The position numbers and the translations under genes were made by a program. From the IMG/VR virus record IMGVR_UViG_2737471860_000007: DNA of 34,316 nucleotides. One strand, given 5' to 3'. Below, in pieces: positions 12,697 to 25,373 of the stretch. The notes under the pieces were generated by a model. It was not told where the DNA came from and did no database searches. It worked only from the letters and a program-made list of their open reading frames with translations. Position 1 is the stretch's first letter, and the number at the start of each line of letters is the position of its first letter. The stretch comes from a virus (taxonomy: Duplodnaviria; Heunggongvirae; Uroviricota; Caudoviricetes).

Positions 12697-13560
12697 ATGA
12701 TCCGCAGTATGACCGCCTACGCCCGGCGTGAAATCAAGGGTGAATGGGGGAGCGCAACCTGGGAAATGCGCTCGGTAAACCAGCGTTATCTGGAAACTTA
12801 CTTTCGTCTGCCGGAGCAGTTCCGTAGCCTTGAACCTGTCGTTCGCGAGCGTATTCGTTCTCGCCTGACGCGCGGTAAAGTGGAATGTACCCTGCGCTAT
12901 GAGCCAGATGTTAGCGCGCAAGGTGAGCTGATCCTCAACGAAAAACTGGCTAAACAGCTGGTAACTGCCGCGAACTGGGTAAAAATGCAGAGTGACGAAG
13001 GGGAAATCAACCCGGTTGATATTCTACGCTGGCCGGGCGTGATGGCAGCCCAGGAGCAGGATCTTGACGCCATTGCCGCTGAAATTCTCGCGGCGCTGGA
13101 TGGTACGCTGGACGACTTTATTGTCGCGCGCGAAACCGAAGGTCAGGCACTGAAAGCATTGATCGAGCAGCGTCTGGAAGGCGTCACCGCCGAAGTGGTC
13201 AAAGTCCGCGCCCATATGCCGGAAATCCTGCAATGGCAGCGTGAGCGTCTGGTCGCGAAGCTGGAAGATGCTCAGGTTCAGTTGGAAAACAACCGTCTGG
13301 AGCAGGAGCTGGTTCTGCTGGCACAACGAATTGACGTTGCCGAAGAACTGGACCGCCTGGAAGCGCATGTCAAAGAGACCTACAACATTCTGAAGAAAAA
13401 AGAAGCCGTTGGTCGTCGTCTGGACTTTATGATGCAGGAATTCAACCGCGAGTCGAACACTCTTGCGTCGAAGTCTATCAATGCCGAAGTGACAAACTCC
13501 GCGATTGAGCTGAAAGTGTTGATTGAGCAGATGCGCGAGCAGATTCAGAACATTGAATAA
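12697..13560 (+). CDS. yicC: YicC family stress-induced protein
   Basis: 287-aa translation MIRSMTAYARREIKGEWGSATWEMRSVNQRYLETYFRLPEQFRSLEP... matches YicC. Confidence 0.93.
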   Translation: MIRSMTAYARREIKGEWGSATWEMRSVNQRYLETYFRLPEQFRSLEPVVRERIRSRLTRGKVECTLRYEPDVSAQGELILNEKLAKQLVTAANWVKMQSDEGEINPVDILRWPGVMAAQEQDLDAIAAEILAALDGTLDDFIVARETEGQALKALIEQRLEGVTAEVVKVRAHMPEILQWQRERLVAKLEDAQVQLENNRLEQELVLLAQRIDVAEELDRLEAHVKETYNILKKKEAVGRRLDFMMQEFNRESNTLASKSINAEVTNSAIELKVLIEQMREQIQNIE

Positions 13561-13596
13561 CTCGTAACGCCAATTCTTACTTTTCAGCCTTCACAA

Positions 13597-13627
13597 ATGC
13601 CGCCCACTCAAACAGAGCGGCATTTTT
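13597..13627 (+). terminator. Putative rho-independent terminator downstream of yicC
   Basis: Stem atgccgc / gcggcat with a 13-nt loop, followed by TTTTT. About 37 nt after the yicC stop. Confidence 0.45.
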
Positions 13628-13719
13628 CTTCCCCGCAACTTCAATTCTGTTTTGCGTGCCTGCTCCAGATTTTGCGATGTTTTTTTGCCCAGCACACTGA
13701 GAACGTGAGATACTCACAA

Positions 13720-13735
13720 CTGTATATAAATACAG
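13720..13735. promoter_or_regulatory. LexA box (SOS operator) upstream of dinD
   Basis: CTGTATATAAATACAG fits the CTG-N10-CAG LexA consensus exactly; about 45 nt upstream of the dinD ATG. Confidence 0.7.
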
Positions 13736-13780
13736 TTACAGATTTACTTTCTTTGCAATCGATATCACATGGAGTGGGCA

Positions 13781-14605
13781 ATGAACGAACATCATCAACC
13801 TTTTGAAGAAATACGGCATTATGGCACTGAAGGGCAAGAATTTTGGTCAGCTAGAGAATTGGCACCGTTACTGGATTATCGGGACTGGCGCAATTTTCAA
13901 AAGGTACTGGCCCGCGCGACTCAAGCGTGCGAAGCCAGCAATCAAGCTGCATCTGACCATTTCGTTGAAACCACCAAAATGGTTGTATTAGGTTCAGGGG
14001 CTCAACGAGAACTTGAAGATGTTCATCTCTCCCGCTATGCCTGTTACCTGGTAGTACAAAACGGCGACCCTGCGAAACCGGTTATTGCGGCAGGGCAAAC
14101 TTATTTTGCTATCCAGACCCGACGGCAGGAGCTGGCTGACGATGAAGCTTTCAGGCAACTTCGTGAAGACGAAAAGCGTCTTTTTCTGAGAAATGAATTG
14201 AAAGAACATAACAAACAATTGGTTGAGGCAGCGCAGCAAGCTGGGGTAGCGACAGCTATCGATTTCGCCATATTTCAGAATCATGGTTACCGGGGGCTGT
14301 ATGGTGGATTAGATCAGAAAGCCATCCATCAGCGGAAGGGGCTGAAAAAGAGTCAGAAGATCCTGGATCATATGGGTTCAACAGAACTGGCGGCTAATCT
14401 CTTTCGAGCTACCCAAACAGAAGAAAAACTCAAGCGGGATGGCGTGAATTCAAAACAGCAAGCTAATACCACACACTTTGACGTGGGTAGCAAGGTGAGG
14501 CAAACCATTCAGGAACTTGGCGGAACCATGCCTGAGGAGTTGCCGACCCCGCAGGTCAGCATCAAGCAGTTGGAAAACAGTGTAAAAATTACAGAGAAGA
14601 AATAG
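13781..14605 (+). CDS. dinD: DNA damage-inducible protein D
   Basis: ATG at 13781 gives 274 aa MNEHHQPFEEIRHYGTEGQEFWSARELAPLLDYRDWRNF... SOS operator immediately upstream. Confidence 0.9.
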   Translation: MNEHHQPFEEIRHYGTEGQEFWSARELAPLLDYRDWRNFQKVLARATQACEASNQAASDHFVETTKMVVLGSGAQRELEDVHLSRYACYLVVQNGDPAKPVIAAGQTYFAIQTRRQELADDEAFRQLREDEKRLFLRNELKEHNKQLVEAAQQAGVATAIDFAIFQNHGYRGLYGGLDQKAIHQRKGLKKSQKILDHMGSTELAANLFRATQTEEKLKRDGVNSKQQANTTHFDVGSKVRQTIQELGGTMPEELPTPQVSIKQLENSVKITEKK

Positions 14606-14896
14606 CAGAAACTAAAAACTCTTTTTGTTGATTGAGATACCCGATGCGTAAGCCAAAGTCCAGGTGCGGTGAACACAATGGCTAAACATTGCACCTTTCT
14701 TTTCCACCCCTCAATTTTAACCTATTTTTTCTTATGCATTTTCTCAGACAAGAAGTCAGAAGAATGCATCTACGCTACAGAAAATAGCGATTTCACATAA
14801 CTACAAGTTATCAATTTCCTCTCACCTTAAAAAATCTCAATCGTGACAATACGCACAAATCGCTACCCTGCCAGACAGATTTTTAGGGAGAGAACC

Positions 14897-18074
<3,178 letters not shown>

Positions 18075-18128
18075 ACCTGATTTCAGTATCATGCCCAGTC
18101 ATTTCTTCACCTGTGGAGCTTTTTAAGT

Positions 18129-18404
18129 ATGGCACGCGTAACTGTTCAGGACGCTGTAGAGAAAATTGGTAACCGTTTTGACCTGGTACTGGTCGCCGCG
18201 CGTCGCGCTCGTCAGATGCAGGTAGGCGGAAAGGATCCGCTGGTACCGGAAGAAAACGATAAAACCACTGTAATCGCGCTGCGCGAAATCGAAGAAGGTC
18301 TGATCAACAACCAGATCCTCGACGTTCGCGAACGCCAGGAACAGCAAGAGCAGGAAGCCGCTGAATTACAAGCCGTTACCGCTATTGCTGAAGGTCGTCG
18401 TTAA
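18129..18404 (+). CDS. rpoZ: RNA polymerase omega subunit
   Basis: 91-aa translation [58 protein letters not shown]... matches RpoZ. Confidence 0.95.
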
Positions 18405-18422
18405 TCACAAAGCGGGTCGCCC

Positions 18423-20531
18423 TTGTATCTGTTTGAAAGCCTGAATCAACTGATTCAAACCTACCTGCCGGAAGACCAAATCAAGCGTCTGCGGCAGGCG
18501 TATCTCGTTGCACGTGATGCTCACGAGGGGCAAACACGTTCAAGCGGTGAACCCTATATCACGCACCCGGTAGCGGTTGCCTGCATTCTGGCCGAGATGA
18601 AACTCGACTATGAAACGCTGATGGCGGCGCTGCTGCATGACGTGATTGAAGATACTCCCGCCACCTACCAGGACATGGAACAGCTTTTTGGTAAAAGCGT
18701 CGCCGAGCTGGTAGAGGGGGTGTCGAAACTTGATAAGCTCAAGTTCCGCGATAAGAAAGAGGCGCAGGCCGAAAACTTTCGCAAGATGATTATGGCGATG
18801 GTGCAGGATATCCGCGTCATTCTCATCAAACTTGCCGACCGTACCCACAACATGCGCACGCTGGGCTCACTTCGCCCGGACAAACGTCGCCGCATCGCCC
18901 GTGAAACTCTCGAAATTTATAGCCCGTTGGCGCACCGTTTAGGTATCCACCACATTAAAACCGAACTCGAAGAGCTGGGTTTTGAGGCGCTGTATCCCAA
19001 TCGTTACCGCGTAATTAAAGAAGTGGTGAAAGCCGCGCGCGGCAACCGTAAAGAGATGATCCAAAAAATCCTCTCTGAAATCGAAGGGCGTTTGCAGGAA
19101 GCGGGAATACCGTGCCGCGTCAGTGGTCGCGAAAAGCATCTTTATTCGATTTACTGCAAAATGGTGCTCAAAGAGCAGCGTTTTCACTCAATCATGGACA
19201 TCTACGCTTTCCGCGTGATCGTCAATGATTCTGACACCTGTTATCGCGTGCTCGGGCAAATGCATAGCCTGTACAAGCCGCGTCCGGGTCGCGTGAAAGA
19301 CTATATCGCCATTCCTAAAGCGAACGGCTATCAGTCGTTGCACACCTCGATGATTGGCCCGCACGGCGTGCCGGTTGAGGTCCAGATCCGTACCGAAGAT
19401 ATGGATCAGATGGCGGAGATGGGTGTTGCCGCGCACTGGGCTTATAAAGAGCACGGCGAAACCAGTACTACCGCACAAATCCGCGCCCAGCGCTGGATGC
19501 AAAGCCTGCTGGAGCTGCAACAGAGCGCCGGTAGTTCGTTTGAATTTATCGAGAGCGTTAAATCCGATCTCTTCCCGGATGAGATTTACGTTTTCACACC
19601 GGAAGGGCGAATTGTCGAGCTGCCTGCCGGTGCAACGCCCGTCGACTTCGCTTATGCAGTGCATACCGATATCGGTCATGCCTGCGTGGGCGCACGCGTT
19701 GACCGCCAGCCTTACCCGCTGTCGCAGCCGCTTACCAGCGGTCAAACCGTTGAAATCATTACCGCACCGGGCGCTCGCCCGAATGCCGCGTGGCTGAACT
19801 TTGTCGTTAGCTCAAAAGCGCGCGCCAAAATTCGTCAGTTGCTGAAAAACCTCAAGCGTGATGATTCTGTAAGCCTGGGCCGTCGTCTGCTCAACCATGC
19901 TTTGGGTGGTAGCCGTAAGCTGAATGAAATCCCGCAGGAAAATATTCAGCGCGAGCTGGATCGCATGAAGCTGGCAACGCTTGACGATCTGCTGGCAGAA
20001 ATCGGCCTTGGTAACGCAATGAGCGTGGTGGTCGCGAAAAATCTACAACATGGGGACGCCTCCATTCCACCGGCGACTCAAAGCCACGGGCATCTGCCGA
20101 TCAAAGGCGCTGATGGCGTGCTGATCACCTTTGCGAAATGCTGCCGCCCCATTCCTGGCGACCCGATTATCGCCCACGTCAGCCCCGGTAAAGGTCTGGT
20201 GATCCACCATGAATCCTGCCGTAACATCCGTGGCTACCAGAAAGAGCCAGAGAAGTTTATGGCTGTGGAATGGGATAAAGAGACGGCGCAGGAGTTCATC
20301 ACCGAAATCAAGGTGGAGATGTTCAATCATCAGGGTGCGCTGGCAAACCTGACGGCGGCAATTAACACCACGACCTCGAATATTCAAAGTTTGAATACGG
20401 AAGAGAAAGATGGTCGCGTCTACAGCGCCTTTATTCGTCTGACCGCTCGTGACCGTGTGCATCTGGCGAATATCATGCGCAAAATCCGCGTGATGCCAGA
20501 CGTGATTAAAGTCACCCGAAACCGAAATTAA
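18423..20531 (+). CDS. spoT: Bifunctional (p)ppGpp synthetase/hydrolase SpoT (TTG start)
   Basis: 702-aa ORF beginning at TTG 18423; HD hydrolase motif (HDVIED) and synthetase domain present. 18 nt downstream of the rpoZ stop. Confidence 0.95.
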   Translation: MYLFESLNQLIQTYLPEDQIKRLRQAYLVARDAHEGQTRSSGEPYITHPVAVACILAEMKLDYETLMAALLHDVIEDTPATYQDMEQLFGKSVAELVEGVSKLDKLKFRDKKEAQAENFRKMIMAMVQDIRVILIKLADRTHNMRTLGSLRPDKRRRIARETLEIYSPLAHRLGIHHIKTELEELGFEALYPNRYRVIKEVVKAARGNRKEMIQKILSEIEGRLQEAGIPCRVSGREKHLYSIYCKMVLKEQRFHSIMDIYAFRVIVNDSDTCYRVLGQMHSLYKPRPGRVKDYIAIPKANGYQSLHTSMIGPHGVPVEVQIRTEDMDQMAEMGVAAHWAYKEHGETSTTAQIRAQRWMQSLLELQQSAGSSFEFIESVKSDLFPDEIYVFTPEGRIVELPAGATPVDFAYAVHTDIGHACVGARVDRQPYPLSQPLTSGQTVEIITAPGARPNAAWLNFVVSSKARAKIRQLLKNLKRDDSVSLGRRLLNHALGGSRKLNEIPQENIQRELDRMKLATLDDLLAEIGLGNAMSVVVAKNLQHGDASIPPATQSHGHLPIKGADGVLITFAKCCRPIPGDPIIAHVSPGKGLVIHHESCRNIRGYQKEPEKFMAVEWDKETAQEFITEIKVEMFNHQGALANLTAAINTTTSNIQSLNTEEKDGRVYSAFIRLTARDRVHLANIMRKIRVMPDVIKVTRNRN

Positions 20532-20537
20532 TGTTTT

Positions 20538-21227
20538 ATGAACCCAACACGTTATGCACGCATCTGCGAAATGCTCGCCAGGCGGCAGCCTGATCTGACC
20601 GTCTGCATGGAGCAGGTCCACAAACCTCATAACGTTTCTGCGATTATTCGTACCGCAGATGCCGTTGGCGTACATGAAGTTCACGCCGTCTGGCCTGGTA
20701 GCCGCATGCGCACCATGGCTTCGGCAGCGGCGGGTAGTAACAGCTGGGTACAGGTGAAAACACACCGCACCATTGGCGATGCCGTCGCTCATCTCAAAGG
20801 CCAGGGAATGCAGATTCTGGCAACCCATCTTTCTGATAACGCTGTCGATTTCCGCGAAATTGATTACACTCGCCCGACCTGCATTTTGATGGGACAGGAG
20901 AAAACGGGCATCACGCAGGAAGCATTGGCCCTGGCGGATCAGGACATCATCATTCCGATGATCGGCATGGTGCAGTCGCTGAATGTTTCCGTTGCCTCAG
21001 CCCTCATTCTTTACGAAGCCCAGCGTCAGCGGCAAAATGCAGGCATGTACCTGCGTGAAAACAGCATGTTGCCGGAAGCAGAGCAACAACGCCTGTTGTT
21101 TGAAGGCGGCTATCCGGTGCTGGCGAAAGTCGCAAAACGCAAAGGCCTGCCTTATCCCCACGTCAATCAGCAAGGCGAGATCGAAGCTGATGCCGACTGG
21201 TGGGCTACTATGCAGGCTGCAGGGTAA
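20538..21227 (+). CDS. trmH: tRNA (Gm18) 2'-O-methyltransferase TrmH (SpoU)
   Basis: 229-aa translation MNPTRYARICEMLARRQPDLTVCMEQVHKPHNVSAIIRTADAVGV... matches TrmH; SPOUT fold. Confidence 0.95.
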   Translation: MNPTRYARICEMLARRQPDLTVCMEQVHKPHNVSAIIRTADAVGVHEVHAVWPGSRMRTMASAAAGSNSWVQVKTHRTIGDAVAHLKGQGMQILATHLSDNAVDFREIDYTRPTCILMGQEKTGITQEALALADQDIIIPMIGMVQSLNVSVASALILYEAQRQRQNAGMYLRENSMLPEAEQQRLLFEGGYPVLAKVAKRKGLPYPHVNQQGEIEADADWWATMQAAG

Positions 21228-21232
21228 GTGCC

Positions 21233-23314
21233 ATGAAAGGTCGCCTGTTAGATGCTGTCCCACTCAGTTCCCTAACGGGCGTTGGCGCAGCACTTAGTAA
21301 CAAACTGGCGAAAATCAACCTGCATACCGTGCAGGATCTACTCTTACACCTTCCCCTGCGCTACGAAGATCGCACCCATCTCTACCCCATCGGAGAACTA
21401 CTGCCGGGCGTTTATGCCACGGTGGAAGGCGAAGTGCTGAACTGCAATATCTCCTTCGGCGGTCGGCGGATGATGACCTGCCAGATCAGCGACGGTTCCG
21501 GCATCCTCACCATGCGCTTTTTCAATTTCAGCGCGGCAATGAAAAATAGCCTGGCGACGGGCCGCCGTGTACTGGCTTATGGCGAAGCAAAGCGCGGTAA
21601 ATATGGTGCGGAGATGATCCACCCGGAATACCGCGTGCAGGGCGATCTCAGCACGCCAGAATTACAGGAAACGCTCACGCCGGTTTATCCAACAACGGAA
21701 GGCGTAAAGCAGGCCACGCTGCGTAAATTAACCGACCAGGCGCTGGATCTGCTCGACACCTGCGCCATTGAAGAACTCCTGCCGCCGGAACTGTCACAAG
21801 GAATGATGACGCTACCGGAAGCGTTGCGCACTTTGCACCGCCCGCCACCGACGCTACAGCTTAGCGATCTGGAAACCGGGCAGCATCCGGCGCAACGTCG
21901 TCTGATTCTGGAAGAACTGCTGGCGCACAACCTCAGCATGTTAGCCTTACGTGCCGGAGCACAGCGTTTTCATGCCCAGCCGCTGAGCGCCAATGACACG
22001 CTGAAAAATAAACTCCTCGCCGCCTTACCGTTCAAGCCAACGGGCGCACAGGCACGCGTAGTGGCGGAGATCGAGCGCGATATGGCGCTGGATGTGCCGA
22101 TGATGCGTCTGGTGCAGGGCGATGTAGGTTCCGGTAAAACGCTGGTCGCCGCCCTCGCCGCGTTGCGTGCGATTGCCCACGGCAAACAGGTAGCATTGAT
22201 GGCACCAACCGAATTACTCGCCGAGCAGCACGCCAATAACTTCCGCAACTGGTTTGCACCGCTCGGTATCGAAGTGGGCTGGCTCGCCGGTAAGCAGAAA
22301 GGTAAAGCACGGCTGGCACAGCAGGAAGCCATCGCCAGCGGTCAGGTGCAGATGATTGTCGGTACACACGCCATCTTCCAGGAACAGGTGCAGTTTAACG
22401 GCCTGGCGCTGGTGATTATCGACGAACAGCATCGTTTTGGCGTGCATCAGCGTCTGGCATTGTGGGAGAAAGGCCAGCAGCAGGGCTTCCATCCGCATCA
22501 GTTGATCATGACCGCCACGCCGATCCCCCGCACGCTGGCAATGACTGCGTATGCCGATCTCGATACCTCGGTGATAGATGAGCTGCCGCCAGGCCGCACG
22601 CCAGTGACTACGGTCGCTATTCCTGATACCCGCCGTACCGACATCATTGACCGCGTGCGCCACGCCTGCATAACTGAAGGTCGTCAGGCATACTGGGTTT
22701 GTACGTTGATTGAAGAGTCGGAATTGCTGGAAGCGCAGGCGGCGGAAGCTACCTGGGAAGAGTTGAAACTGGCGCTACCAGAGTTGAACGTTGGCCTGGT
22801 ACACGGGCGGATGAAACCTGTCGAGAAACAGGCGGTGATGGCGTCGTTTAAACAAGGTGAGCTACACCTGCTGGTTGCCACAACCGTTATTGAAGTCGGC
22901 GTTGATGTGCCTAACGCCAGTCTGATGATTATCGAAAACCCGGAGCGTCTGGGTCTGGCGCAGTTACACCAGCTTCGCGGGCGTGTAGGTCGTGGTGCGG
23001 TGGCTTCTCACTGCGTGCTGCTCTACAAAACGCCGCTCTCCAAAACCGCGCAAATTCGGCTGCAAGTGCTGCGCGACAGCAACGACGGTTTTGTGATTGC
23101 ACAGAAAGACTTAGAGATTCGCGGACCGGGTGAACTGTTAGGTACGCGTCAGACGGGTAATGCTGAGTTTAAAGTGGCGGATTTACTGCGCGATCAGGCG
23201 ATGATCCCGGAAGTTCAGCGCCTGGCGCGACATATTCACGAACGTTACCCACAACAAGCAAAAGCCCTGATAGAACGCTGGATGCCGGAGACGGAACGTT
23301 ACTCCAACGCATGA
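21233..23314 (+). CDS. recG: ATP-dependent DNA helicase RecG
   Basis: ATG at 21233 gives 693 aa MKGRLLDAVPLSSLTGVGAALSNKLAKINLHTVQDLLLHLPLRYEDRT...; Walker A GDVGSGKT and DEQH box present. The supplied ORF is extended 11 codons. Confidence 0.95.
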   Translation: MKGRLLDAVPLSSLTGVGAALSNKLAKINLHTVQDLLLHLPLRYEDRTHLYPIGELLPGVYATVEGEVLNCNISFGGRRMMTCQISDGSGILTMRFFNFSAAMKNSLATGRRVLAYGEAKRGKYGAEMIHPEYRVQGDLSTPELQETLTPVYPTTEGVKQATLRKLTDQALDLLDTCAIEELLPPELSQGMMTLPEALRTLHRPPPTLQLSDLETGQHPAQRRLILEELLAHNLSMLALRAGAQRFHAQPLSANDTLKNKLLAALPFKPTGAQARVVAEIERDMALDVPMMRLVQGDVGSGKTLVAALAALRAIAHGKQVALMAPTELLAEQHANNFRNWFAPLGIEVGWLAGKQKGKARLAQQEAIASGQVQMIVGTHAIFQEQVQFNGLALVIIDEQHRFGVHQRLALWEKGQQQGFHPHQLIMTATPIPRTLAMTAYADLDTSVIDELPPGRTPVTTVAIPDTRRTDIIDRVRHACITEGRQAYWVCTLIEESELLEAQAAEATWEELKLALPELNVGLVHGRMKPVEKQAVMASFKQGELHLLVATTVIEVGVDVPNASLMIIENPERLGLAQLHQLRGRVGRGAVASHCVLLYKTPLSKTAQIRLQVLRDSNDGFVIAQKDLEIRGPGELLGTRQTGNAEFKVADLLRDQAMIPEVQRLARHIHERYPQQAKALIERWMPETERYSNA

Positions 23315-24165
23315 CCAGACTCATCACAAGACAAGTCACGCAGTAAATCTTCAATCTGGATAGTGAGGATATCCATTGCCTCATACGCATCCTGTGCAAT
23401 TCGCGCCGCCATTGCGCCTTCCGGTTCACCACGCAGAATTTCAGCCGCTGCCTGTACGCCAGCCACAATCATTTCAGGTGTTAACATTTGGCGAAGAAAA
23501 GCGCGATTATCAGAGGACCAGCCATCTTTATGGCCTAATGGATGCCCCCAGCCTATCCATTCTTGCGACCATAACGGATTGGCTTCTATGGGATAAATTA
23601 GATGCGCGGCATACTGAATAGCACACACCGCTTTTCCTGGCGTATCCAGCGCCCACCAGCGCGACCAGAGAGAATGAATTAACGGCGCGGCCCCACCCAG
23701 AGTATTGAACACCGCCAGCCAGCAAAGAACGTTATTGAAACCACGCTCGTTATCCATACGCTGCAACGCGGTGTCCAGTAAAAATTGCCGTACCTGCTGG
23801 CGTTGGGAAGCATTCATCATCTCCTGCCAGAGATAGGGCCGACACAATGCCTTCATTAAGGATTCTTCGAAGTGATCACCATAACCGCCAGCTAAAACGG
23901 TTTCATGCCATTGCGCCAGGCAGAGCGGAAACAGATAGCGAAACAACTCTATTTGCATCGGTTCGTTATAAACGAGATTGAGTACATAGTAAGCACTCAA
24001 ATCCCATACGCTGATCTGCTGCCACTCTTTAGCCGCCAGCGCCTTGAGTTCGGCATCTGCGTAATCAAATTCCGTTTCCCATACACAGAGCACTGGCGGC
24101 TCATCACCAAAAATATGGCGACAGTGTTCACGTAGCGTTTCCGGTTCCTTCCGACGCTTTTTCAT
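23299..24165 (-). CDS. Hypothetical protein (288 aa), unknown function; Trp-rich, predicted soluble
   Basis: ATG at 24165 lies 2 nt after the gltS stop codon (24168-24170) on the same strand, suggesting translational coupling. Its 3' end overlaps the recG 3' end by 16 nt in antisense. 14 Trp in 288 aa; no obvious hydrophobic transmembrane stretch or signal peptide. Codon usage is broadly E. coli-like with some rare codons (ATA, CTA, CGG, CGA). No recognisable motif from memory. Confidence 0.6.
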   Translation of the reverse strand: MKKRRKEPETLREHCRHIFGDEPPVLCVWETEFDYADAELKALAAKEWQQISVWDLSAYYVLNLVYNEPMQIELFRYLFPLCLAQWHETVLAGGYGDHFEESLMKALCRPYLWQEMMNASQRQQVRQFLLDTALQRMDNERGFNNVLCWLAVFNTLGGAAPLIHSLWSRWWALDTPGKAVCAIQYAAHLIYPIEANPLWSQEWIGWGHPLGHKDGWSSDNRAFLRQMLTPEMIVAGVQAAAEILRGEPEGAMAARIAQDAYEAMDILTIQIEDLLRDLSCDESGHALE

Positions 24166-24167
24166 TT

Positions 24168-25373
24168 TTAACCGGCAAAAATCGGCAACATTAAATACAG
24201 CTTAATCACCAGCGCATTGACGATATCGATAAAGAACGCACCGACCATCGGCACCACCAAAAACGCCATGTGCGACGGGCCAAAGCGTTCAGTGATCGCC
24301 TGCATGTTGGCGATTGCCGTTGGCGTTGCACCGAGGCCAAAACCACAGTGACCCGCAGCCAGCACTGCCGCATCGTAGTTTTTGCCCATCATGCGCCAGG
24401 TAACGAAGATGGCATACAACGCCATGAAGATGGTCTGTACCACCAGAATCGCCAGCATCGGCAGCGCCAGCGAAGCCAGCTCCCACAGTTTCAGCCCCAT
24501 CAGCGCCATCGCCAGGAACAACGACAGGCTTACGTTACCCAGCACGGATACCGCACGCTCAAAGACGCGGTAAAAGCCCATCATTGACAGACCGTTGCTC
24601 AGAATCACGCCAACAAACAGTACACAGACGAAGGTCGGCAGTTCAAAAGCAGTGCCAGCCAAAAGTTGCGCAACAATTTTCCCCACCGTCAGGCAGATAG
24701 CAATCAGCGCGATAGTTTCAATCAGCACCAGCGAGGTGATCATGCGGCCCACATCCGGCTTTTCAAACGCCGTCGGGACTTCCTGGTCATCCGGAATACC
24801 GTTCGGCGTGGTGGAGTGTTTCACCAGATAGCGCGCCACCGGACCGCCAATCAAGCCGCCCAGCACCAGACCGAACGTTGCACAGGCCATCGCCACTTCC
24901 GTCGCATTGGTGAAGCCATAACGTTCAATGAACAATTTACTCCACGCAGCGCCCGTACCGTGACCGCCGGAAAGCGTAATAGAACCGGCCAACAGCCCCA
25001 TCAGCGGATCAAGCCCTAACAGGCTAGCCATACCAATGCCAATGGCATTTTGCATCACCAACAGACCAACAACCACAATCAAGAAGATGCCAACCACACG
25101 CCCACCGGCACGCAAACTGGCAATGTTGGCGTTCAGGCCAATGGTGGCGAAGAAAGCCAGCATTAACGGATCGCGCAGGGACATATCAAAGTTGACTTCC
25201 CAGCCCATGCTTTTTTTCAGTACTAGTAGCGCCAGCGCCACCAACAAACCACCCGCAACAGGTTCCGGTATGGTGTATTTCTTCAAAAAGGAGACGGAAT
25301 GGACCAACTTACGCCCGAGCAGCAACGTCAGCGTTGCGGCAACAAGCGTTGCTAAAGTATCGAGATGAAACAT
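24168..25373 (-). CDS. gltS: Sodium/glutamate symporter GltS
   Basis: 401-aa translation MFHLDTLATLVAATLTLLLGRKLVHSVSFLKKYTIPEPVAGGLLVALALL... matches GltS; polytopic membrane protein. Confidence 0.95.
   Translation of the reverse strand: MFHLDTLATLVAATLTLLLGRKLVHSVSFLKKYTIPEPVAGGLLVALALLVLKKSMGWEVNFDMSLRDPLMLAFFATIGLNANIASLRAGGRVVGIFLIVVVGLLVMQNAIGIGMASLLGLDPLMGLLAGSITLSGGHGTGAAWSKLFIERYGFTNATEVAMACATFGLVLGGLIGGPVARYLVKHSTTPNGIPDDQEVPTAFEKPDVGRMITSLVLIETIALIAICLTVGKIVAQLLAGTAFELPTFVCVLFVGVILSNGLSMMGFYRVFERAVSVLGNVSLSLFLAMALMGLKLWELASLALPMLAILVVQTIFMALYAIFVTWRMMGKNYDAAVLAAGHCGFGLGATPTAIANMQAITERFGPSHMAFLVVPMVGAFFIDIVNALVIKLYLMLPIFAG

Noticed and set aside
19188-20828. 185-aa and 261-aa minus-strand ORFs inside spoT/trmH
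   Set aside because: Antisense shadow ORFs within confidently assigned genes, with no independent support.
21970-22663. Several 110-150-aa minus-strand ORFs inside recG
   Set aside because: Antisense to a highly conserved helicase gene with Ser/Ala/Arg-rich low-complexity translations, the typical shadow ORFs of a GC-rich coding region.
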